A stretch of DNA of 64,000 nt from Alphaproteobacteria bacterium. GTDB taxonomy: Bacteria; Pseudomonadota; Alphaproteobacteria; UBA8366; GCA-2717185. The first letter of the stretch is position 1, and each line of letters starts with the position of its first letter. Under the pieces are notes generated by a model, which did no database searches, was not told the DNA's origin, and was given only the letters and a program-made list of their open reading frames with translations. Made by a program: the position numbers and the translations under genes. This document shows positions 56,762 through 64,000 of this stretch, piece by piece. The DNA is taken from the NCBI GenBank assembly GCA_040905865.1, contig JBBDQU010000005.1, positions 105,368 to 169,367 on the forward strand, given 5' to 3'.

Positions 56762-58153
56762 ATGACCATCAGGACAGTGGCGATTTTGAGCCCGGGCGAT
56801 ATGGGGCATAATGTCGGCATCGCGCTCCGCAAGCACGGGCTGCGCGTGATCACTTGCCTCGCCGGTCGCAGCGACCGTACTCGAAAATTATCCGAAATCG
56901 CCGGGATCGAGGACATGCCGTCGCTCGAATCCCTGGTGACGGAGGCGGACTTGATCCTTTCCATCATGCCGCCCGCCGCGGCCATCGCCACGGCGGAGCT
57001 GGTTGGCGCCGCGATGAAGACCGCGGGCAGCAAACCGTATTACGCGGACTGCAATGCGGTTTCCACCGGCACGACACTGAAAACCGCGGAAATCATCACG
57101 GCGGCGGGCGCGTCCTTTATCGATGCGGGCATCGTCGGTTCACCGCCCGGGCGGACGGCGCTTGCGACCCGTTTTTATGTCAGCGGCCCCGATGCCGAAG
57201 TCATGGACGTGCTGGCCAGCGAGCACATCGCAGTGCGGCCGCTCGGTCCCGAAATCGGCCGTGCATCGGTCCTGAAAATGTGCTTCGCCGCGACCACCAA
57301 AGGGGCGTGGACGCTCTATACCGCTGCCCTGGTCACGGGCGAAGTCATGGGGCTCTCCGATGTCCTGCTGGCGGAACTGAAGAGCAGCCGTCCGGATGTC
57401 GAGGCGGAGATGCGCCGCTGGGTGCCGCGATTGCCCGTCGATGCGGGACGGTGGATCGGTGAAATGGCTGAAATCGCCGCGACCTTCGGTCGTGCCGGGC
57501 TGCCGACGGGATTTCACCAGGCGGCGGGCGAGGTCTTCACGCTGCTGGATCAGACGCCGATTGCCCGGGAAACCCGGGAAACCATAGACCCGAACCGGAC
57601 GCTTGAGGAGGCGCTGGCCATGTATGCCGCGGCGCTGCCGAATCGCAAATTCACCGCACCGCCCAGCGGCGCGCAGACGCTGACGGCGCAGCCGCTGACG
57701 CCGGAAGCCTTCGCGCCATACGGCCATGTCTTCCCCGCCGGCAAAGGCGGCTCCCCGGGCACCCGCGACAGCCTTGTCGCCCGGATGGAAAATCGCCGGA
57801 ACAATGCGCAGATGAACGCCTGCATGTCGTATTTCGCGCCGTCACCCATGCCCTTTACGGTCAAGGCGCTGGAAATTCACCGGTATTCGTCGCAGACCTT
57901 CGTACCCTTCAATATGGGACGCTATCTGGTGCTGGTCGCGCCGTCGGATAAAAACGGCGAGCCGGTCACGGGTGAATTGCTGGCCTTCCACGGCGATGTA
58001 AATCAGGGGATTACCTATAATCCCGATGTCTGGCATCATCCGTTCACGGCGCTGGACGAACAGGCGGAATGCCTGATGCTGCGCTTCGATGACGGCTCGA
58101 AGGTGGATACCGAATGGCACAAGGTTGCGAACGGTCCCGTGGTGACCGCATGA
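56762..58153 (+). CDS. fusion protein: NAD(P)-binding 6-phosphogluconate-dehydrogenase-like/DUF1932 domain plus ureidoglycolate-lyase-like domain
   Basis: N-terminal Rossmann motif VAILSPGDMGHNVG. The C-terminal about 160 aa (..LTPEAFAPYGHV...LEIHRYSSQTFVPF..ITYNPDVWHHP..) resembles ureidoglycolate lyase (AllA). Confidence 0.75.
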   Translation: MTIRTVAILSPGDMGHNVGIALRKHGLRVITCLAGRSDRTRKLSEIAGIEDMPSLESLVTEADLILSIMPPAAAIATAELVGAAMKTAGSKPYYADCNAVSTGTTLKTAEIITAAGASFIDAGIVGSPPGRTALATRFYVSGPDAEVMDVLASEHIAVRPLGPEIGRASVLKMCFAATTKGAWTLYTAALVTGEVMGLSDVLLAELKSSRPDVEAEMRRWVPRLPVDAGRWIGEMAEIAATFGRAGLPTGFHQAAGEVFTLLDQTPIARETRETIDPNRTLEEALAMYAAALPNRKFTAPPSGAQTLTAQPLTPEAFAPYGHVFPAGKGGSPGTRDSLVARMENRRNNAQMNACMSYFAPSPMPFTVKALEIHRYSSQTFVPFNMGRYLVLVAPSDKNGEPVTGELLAFHGDVNQGITYNPDVWHHPFTALDEQAECLMLRFDDGSKVDTEWHKVANGPVVTA

Positions 58154-58165
58154 CGGCATGACCGA

Positions 58166-59380
58166 ATGACAGTCGTGGCGGAGGGGCGCAGCCGGCGCCG
58201 CCGGATTCTCGTCACCTGCAACCTGGCCCATAGCCAGCATGACGGCATGGTGGACATGCTGTACCCGCTGCTGCCGCTGCTGGCGCAGACCTTCGGCCTG
58301 TCCTTTGCCGAAGTCGGTATGATCCGGGCGGCCAACAAGGCGGCGATGTCGATTTTCCAGCTGCCGGCGGGAATCCTGTCCGAACGGCTTGGCGAGCGCA
58401 GCATGCTGGCGCTTGGCACCATCTGCAGCGGCGTCGCCTTCCTGCTGCTCGGCCTGTCCTCCGGGTTTCTGACCCTGCTGACGTTCCTGTTCCTGGCCGG
58501 ATGTGGCAATGCGGTACAGCATCCGCTCTGTTCGTCGCTGATTTCCGGCGCCTATGACGGCGGCGGCCGCCGCGGCGCGCTGGGCACGTATAATTTCTTT
58601 GGCGATGTCGGCAAGATCGCCTTTGCCGGTTTCACCAGCCTGATGATCGGCGCCGGATTCGCCTGGAACGTGCCCGTACTTGTCGCGGGCGGTACGGGAA
58701 TAGCGGTTGGCCTGGCCGTCTTTGTATCGCTCGGTGCGCTCGGCGCCGCCGGCGCGCCCGCCCGGCGACATGATCATGAGGCGTTGCCGGTGCGGCAGGG
58801 CTGGGGCATCCGGGACCGCAGCGGGTTTTCCGCATTATGCGGTATCGCGGTGCTGGACAGCGTGACGCGCAGCGGATTCCTGACCTTTCTCGCCTTCCTG
58901 ATGATCGCCCGCGACGTGCCGGAAGGATGGGCGGCGATGGCGGTGGTCATGGTCTTCGCGGGCGGCATGGTCGGTAAGCTGGCCTGCGGTTACCTGGCCG
59001 ACCGGATCGGCGTCATCCGCACGGTCGTCGTGACGGAAATCGCCACGGGCGTGGGCATCCTGCTGACGCTGGTCCTGCCCAGCCCCTGGTCCTTCTTCCT
59101 GCTGCCGTTTATCGGAGTCGCCTTGAACGGCACCTCGTCGGTGCTGTATGGAACCATAGGCGATCTGGTGGAAGGCGACCGGCAGTCGCGGGCCTTTGGT
59201 CTGTTCTACACGCTGGGATCCGCCTGCGGAATCCTGGCGCCGCTGGGTTATGGCCTGCTTGGCGATATCATCGGTATACCGGCGACGATTGCGGTTGTCG
59301 GTTGCGTTATCTTTTTGACGATACCGCTTTGCTTCCTGCTGCGCCCGGCCATCGGCGCGGCGCGGGTCAGTCCAGTCTGA
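58166..59380 (+). CDS. MFS transporter
   Basis: 404 aa and highly hydrophobic, with about 12 predicted TM segments. Confidence 0.8.
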   Translation: MTVVAEGRSRRRRILVTCNLAHSQHDGMVDMLYPLLPLLAQTFGLSFAEVGMIRAANKAAMSIFQLPAGILSERLGERSMLALGTICSGVAFLLLGLSSGFLTLLTFLFLAGCGNAVQHPLCSSLISGAYDGGGRRGALGTYNFFGDVGKIAFAGFTSLMIGAGFAWNVPVLVAGGTGIAVGLAVFVSLGALGAAGAPARRHDHEALPVRQGWGIRDRSGFSALCGIAVLDSVTRSGFLTFLAFLMIARDVPEGWAAMAVVMVFAGGMVGKLACGYLADRIGVIRTVVVTEIATGVGILLTLVLPSPWSFFLLPFIGVALNGTSSVLYGTIGDLVEGDRQSRAFGLFYTLGSACGILAPLGYGLLGDIIGIPATIAVVGCVIFLTIPLCFLLRPAIGAARVSPV

Positions 59381-60182
59381 AACCGTGTGAATTCAAAAAA
59401 GCCTTGAAGCCCGCGCGTTCCGGCAGGGACAACTGACGGGTGGCATTCTCCGACCAGCCGCAGAAGTCGAGCGCGCCGTATTTGTCCGTGTGGCGCTGCT
59501 TTTCCGGCGGAATGGCGTAGATGGCGTGGCGCCGCCTGTCATAGGCGTCGGTTTCCGCCTCCAGGCTGGAATCGTCGTATTTGTCGCGGTGTACGACACT
59601 GGCCGGCGGCAGACGCATCGATATAAATCCTGGCACCGCGGGCCAGCCGACGGTGAGCCCGCAGATCGGGAAGACGCCGTCCGGCAGCGCCAGCAATTCG
59701 CACATCAGTTCGATCCGGTTGCGGACCCCGCTGATCGGGCAGCAGCCGAGCCCGACCGATTCCGCGGCGTTGATGAAGCACTGCATGGCGAGCGCCGCAT
59801 CGATGCAGCCGTTCATGAAGGTATCGATATTGTCGTTCTGGTAATCGTGCCCCCGGATTTCGGCCAGCCGCCGGATCCGGCGGTTATCGGCGCAGAACAT
59901 CAAAAAGACCGGCGCCTTGCCCTCCCAGTCGCCGATGACCTCGCGGGATTTCGGGTCGGTCACGACGATGATGGAATATTGCTGCAGGTCGGACTTCGCC
60001 GGGGCGGACTGCGCGCAGGCCAGCAGGACATCCAGCAGGTCGTCGGAAACAGGCTCGTCGGTATAGCGGCGGATCGAGCGCCGATTGAGGATCCCGGCGA
60101 CGGCGCCTTCCGCCTTCATGTCCCTGCCGATATCCCGCTCGATGCCGAACCGGGCCTTGTACAGTTCCGCGATTGTTTTCAT
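59367..60182 (-). CDS. nitroreductase family protein
   Basis: The ATG at 60182 has GGGAGAG upstream. ..ILNRRSIRRYTDEPVSDDLLDVLLACAQSAPAKSDLQ... Confidence 0.85.
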   Translation of the reverse strand: MKTIAELYKARFGIERDIGRDMKAEGAVAGILNRRSIRRYTDEPVSDDLLDVLLACAQSAPAKSDLQQYSIIVVTDPKSREVIGDWEGKAPVFLMFCADNRRIRRLAEIRGHDYQNDNIDTFMNGCIDAALAMQCFINAAESVGLGCCPISGVRNRIELMCELLALPDGVFPICGLTVGWPAVPGFISMRLPPASVVHRDKYDDSSLEAETDAYDRRRHAIYAIPPEKQRHTDKYGALDFCGWSENATRQLSLPERAGFKAFLNSHGFRLD

Positions 60183-60302
60183 TTCACTTCTCTCCCATGC
60201 CGCTATCTGACGAGTGTCCGGACAGGTCATAGCATCCGAGGGGCCGATTGCGCGAGGCCGGAGGCGTGGCTAGTCTGCCGTCTTCAAACAGGGAGAGCCG
60301 TC

Positions 60303-61472
60303 ATGAAAATCAAATCCGTCACCGCGACCTGGCTGCATGTGCCGATACCGCCCGAACGGCAGCATGTTACCGATTTCGGCCGGATTTCCTCATTCGATAC
60401 GACCCTGGTGCGAGTCGAGACGGAATGCGGCCTGGTCGGTCATGGCGAGGCGAAGGCGGCGGTGGGCAGCGCCAGCACGAATCATGCACTCGGCACCATT
60501 ATCGAAAAGGAACTGGGTCCCCAGATCATTGGCGAGGACCCGCGCGATATCTCGCGGCTGTGGGACGTGATGTATAACGGCAGCCGCGCCCATTTCGCGC
60601 TGGACCGCGGCCATGTCTTCCCGGTGCTGGGGCGCCAGGGGCTGAATATCTGCGGCATTGCCGGCATCGACATGGCGCTGTGGGATATCCTGGGCAAGTC
60701 GCTCAACGCGCCGGTCTGGCGGCTGCTGGGCGGGCGGCGCCACGAACGGATGCCGGCCTATGCATCGGGCGGCTGGGCGCCGGCGGACCGGATCGCCGCC
60801 GAACTTCAGGGCTTCATCGACAGCGGCAATTTCAAGGCGGTGAAGATGCGCGTCGGGGCGGGGGATGGCGAGGTGAAGAATTCCATCGCCCGTGTCCGCG
60901 CCGCGCGGGCCGGGCTGGGCGACGATATCGATATCATGTGCGACGCGCATGGCACGATGAATGTCGCCGAGGCGAAGCGGTTCTGTCGGGGCGTCGCCGA
61001 TTGCGATATCGCCTGGTTCGAAGAACCGGTGACGGCGGACGACAAGATCGGCCTGGCGGAAATCCGCGCCGGCACCGACATCCCCATTGCGACGGGCGAG
61101 AGCGAATTTACCCGCTTCGATTTTCGCGACCTGGCGCTGTTACGGGCGGCGGATATATTTCAGCCCGACCTCGCTATCGCGGGCGGGATCACCGAGGCGA
61201 TGCGGATCGAGGCCATCGCCAGCGCGCATCAGATCCGCTTCGCGGCGCATCTTTGGGGCGGGGCGCTGGCCTTCGCGGCCGGATTGCAGGTATCGGCGGT
61301 CGCATCCACCGCATTCATTCTGGAGTATTCGCTGGGGGCGAACCCGATCCTTCGCGAACTTGCGGTCGAGGACTTCATCGCCGTGGACGGCTATATCGAG
61401 ATTCCGGACCGGCCGGGGCTGGGCGTGACGGTCGATTACGACTTCGTGAATCGCGTGGCGGTCAGGTCATGA
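60303..61472 (+). CDS. enolase-superfamily enzyme (mandelate racemase/muconate lactonizing enzyme family)
   Basis: Start at ATG 60303 (MKIKSVTATWLHVPI..). Contains ..KMRVG.., ..IMCDAHG.., ..WFEEP.., ..IATGES... The 660-aa ORF in the track is a 5' extension across the antisense nitroreductase gene. Confidence 0.88.
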   Translation: MKIKSVTATWLHVPIPPERQHVTDFGRISSFDTTLVRVETECGLVGHGEAKAAVGSASTNHALGTIIEKELGPQIIGEDPRDISRLWDVMYNGSRAHFALDRGHVFPVLGRQGLNICGIAGIDMALWDILGKSLNAPVWRLLGGRRHERMPAYASGGWAPADRIAAELQGFIDSGNFKAVKMRVGAGDGEVKNSIARVRAARAGLGDDIDIMCDAHGTMNVAEAKRFCRGVADCDIAWFEEPVTADDKIGLAEIRAGTDIPIATGESEFTRFDFRDLALLRAADIFQPDLAIAGGITEAMRIEAIASAHQIRFAAHLWGGALAFAAGLQVSAVASTAFILEYSLGANPILRELAVEDFIAVDGYIEIPDRPGLGVTVDYDFVNRVAVRS

Positions 61473-62342
61473 CTTCCTGCGCCGGGTTTCCCGGTGCAGG
61501 ATATAGAGCCCGCTGGCGATCACGAAGCTGCCGCCGACCAGAATGAACTGGTCCGGAACCGTGCCCCAGATGAAGTAGCCCAGGGCCACGGCCCAGATCA
61601 CGGCGGAATACTTGAACGGGGAGACCAGCGCCGCTTCCGCGACCCGGAACGCTTCGACCATCAGGATATGGGCGACGCCGCCGAGGATTCCGGCAAGCGC
61701 CAGCAGGGAAAGATCGACCCAGCCGACCGCGACCCAGCCGAAGGGAATCGTCAGCAGCCCGACGATGACCAGCCCCAGGGTCGACCACACCATGATGGCG
61801 TTGGTGCTTTCGGTGGCGCTGATCCGGCGGGTGGCGATGTCGCGAAATGTGGAAAACAGCGCCGCGACGATCGGCACCAGGGCCAGGGGCTGCATGGCCT
61901 CCGGCGTTGGCCGCATCATGATGACGACGCCGACAAAGCCGACCAGCACCGCCACCCAGCGCCGCCAGCCGATATGCTCGCCCAGCATCGGTTTGGCCAG
62001 GGCGGTCACGAACAGGGGCCCGGCGAACAGCAGCGTTGCCGCATCGGCAAGCGGCAGCAGGATCATGGAGGTCGCGATCAGGGTTGTGGAGCCGATATAG
62101 AAGAAGGCCCTGATCGACATACCCCGCCGGTCATGGACCCGCAGGCTGGCAAGCCCGCCGGTGCGCGCCGCCAGAATGCCGACCGGGATGAAAATGAACA
62201 TGGCGCGCAGGCAGACGATCTGCCAGACAGGGAAAGTATCGCCCAGCCATTTGGTTGCCGCGTCTGCGAGCGTCAGCAAAAGCAGCGCTAGCACCATGTA
62301 GGCAATGCCGCGCAACGACGATTGCGGTCCCCGCTGCGTCAT
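61467..62342 (-). CDS. DMT-superfamily (EamA-like) transporter
   Basis: 291 aa with about 10 hydrophobic helices in a two-EamA-repeat layout. Confidence 0.8.
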   Translation of the reverse strand: MTQRGPQSSLRGIAYMVLALLLLTLADAATKWLGDTFPVWQIVCLRAMFIFIPVGILAARTGGLASLRVHDRRGMSIRAFFYIGSTTLIATSMILLPLADAATLLFAGPLFVTALAKPMLGEHIGWRRWVAVLVGFVGVVIMMRPTPEAMQPLALVPIVAALFSTFRDIATRRISATESTNAIMVWSTLGLVIVGLLTIPFGWVAVGWVDLSLLALAGILGGVAHILMVEAFRVAEAALVSPFKYSAVIWAVALGYFIWGTVPDQFILVGGSFVIASGLYILHRETRRRKS

Positions 62343-62445
62343 CGAATTTTGGTGCGCCGTGGGCGAAAGGACAAAAATTTGTCGAACATATGGGGTATCC
62401 CTGAAACTAGCTCTTGATCTGTGGAAACTGGCGTATTAAGTCCCC

Positions 62446-62472
62446 TTAGCACTCTGGCTCAAAGAGTGCTAA
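62446..62472 (+). promoter_or_regulatory. CIRCE operator (HrcA binding site)
   Basis: TTAGCACTC-TGGCTCAAA-GAGTGCTAA, a perfect match to the TTAGCACTC-N9-GAGTGCTAA consensus, 45 nt upstream of groES. Confidence 0.93.
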
Positions 62473-62516
62473 ACGATTATTGCATCAAGACAAGATATCA
62501 CCGGAGGGAAGACCAA

Positions 62517-62804
62517 ATGAATTTCAGACCATTGCACGATCGTGTGCTGGTGCGCCGCGTGGAAGAGGAAACGAAATCCGCAGGCGGCATCATCATCCCC
62601 GATACGGCGAAAGAAAAGCCGATGCAGGGCAAAATTGTCGCGGTCGGTTCTGGCGCTCGCAATGAAAAGGGCGAAATCGTGCCGTTGGACGTGAAGTCCG
62701 GCGATCTCATTCTGTTCGGCAAATGGTCCGGCACTGAAATCAAGCTGGACGGCGAAGAACTGCTGATTATGAAAGAATCCGATGTCATGGGCGTACTGAA
62801 CTAA
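62517..62804 (+). CDS. groES: co-chaperonin GroES
   Basis: [46 protein letters not shown]... Confidence 0.97.
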   Translation: MNFRPLHDRVLVRRVEEETKSAGGIIIPDTAKEKPMQGKIVAVGSGARNEKGEIVPLDVKSGDLILFGKWSGTEIKLDGEELLIMKESDVMGVLN

Positions 62805-62842
62805 TTCAGTACGACGGACATCAAGTGAAAAGGATAAGGTAA

Positions 62843-64000
<1,158 letters not shown>

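Noticed and set aside
59490-60302. 5' extensions of track ORFs. The clearest case is the 660-aa version of the enolase-superfamily ORF. Others: 2470-2610 (RNase E/G), 14658-15062 (NIPSNAP), 39919-40068, 41801-41962, 45522-45623, 48305-48469, 31522-31626.
   Set aside because: The extended parts are low-complexity and overlap other genes or intergenic repeats. Internal ATG codons with Shine-Dalgarno sequences give N-termini that match the expected family starts.
62413-62440. Sigma32-type heat-shock promoter upstream of CIRCE/groES (CTTGAT ... GTATTAAG).
   Set aside because: Only the -35-like CTTGA is convincing. The -10 region is a poor match to CCCCAT/CYTATNT and the spacing is ambiguous, so it is not reported as a feature.

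Overview
This is a GC-rich chromosomal segment with gene order typical of an alphaproteobacterium: hisD, UPF0262, LMW phosphatase, infA, maf, RNase E/G, yacG, tRNA-Phe; rpsD; purC-purS-purQ-purL-bolA-grxD; purB; CIRCE-groES-groEL. I call about 65 protein genes, one tRNA, one CIRCE operator, one sigma70-type promoter, one intrinsic terminator and two families of short structured repeats. I saw no rRNA, CRISPR array, transposase, integrase or phage genes. The most interesting part is an accessory metabolic island at about 31.6-49.9 kb. (i) Two cobalamin-type radical SAM enzymes flank a glycosyltransferase-like protein and a TPP-dependent E1 alpha/beta pair that has no E2/E3 partner. (ii) A six-gene operon encodes a TPP enzyme, a class II aldolase, Rieske oxygenase alpha and beta subunits, a GrdB-family protein and a family III CoA-transferase. 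The ORF track splits the GrdB-family gene at an in-frame TGA, which I read as selenocysteine because of its U-x-x-C context and a hairpin directly downstream. (iii) A parDE module with a frameshifted toxin sits inside a CoA-transferase/MaoC/CitE module. Further right are small AT-rich insertions. One is a head-to-head pair of paralogous unknown small proteins around an extremely AT-rich spacer. Another is a lower-GC orphan gene for a divergent class III nucleotidyl-cyclase-like protein. All functional calls rest on motif recognition by eye and on the supplied ORF track. No database search or folding program was available, so family names are hypotheses to verify.
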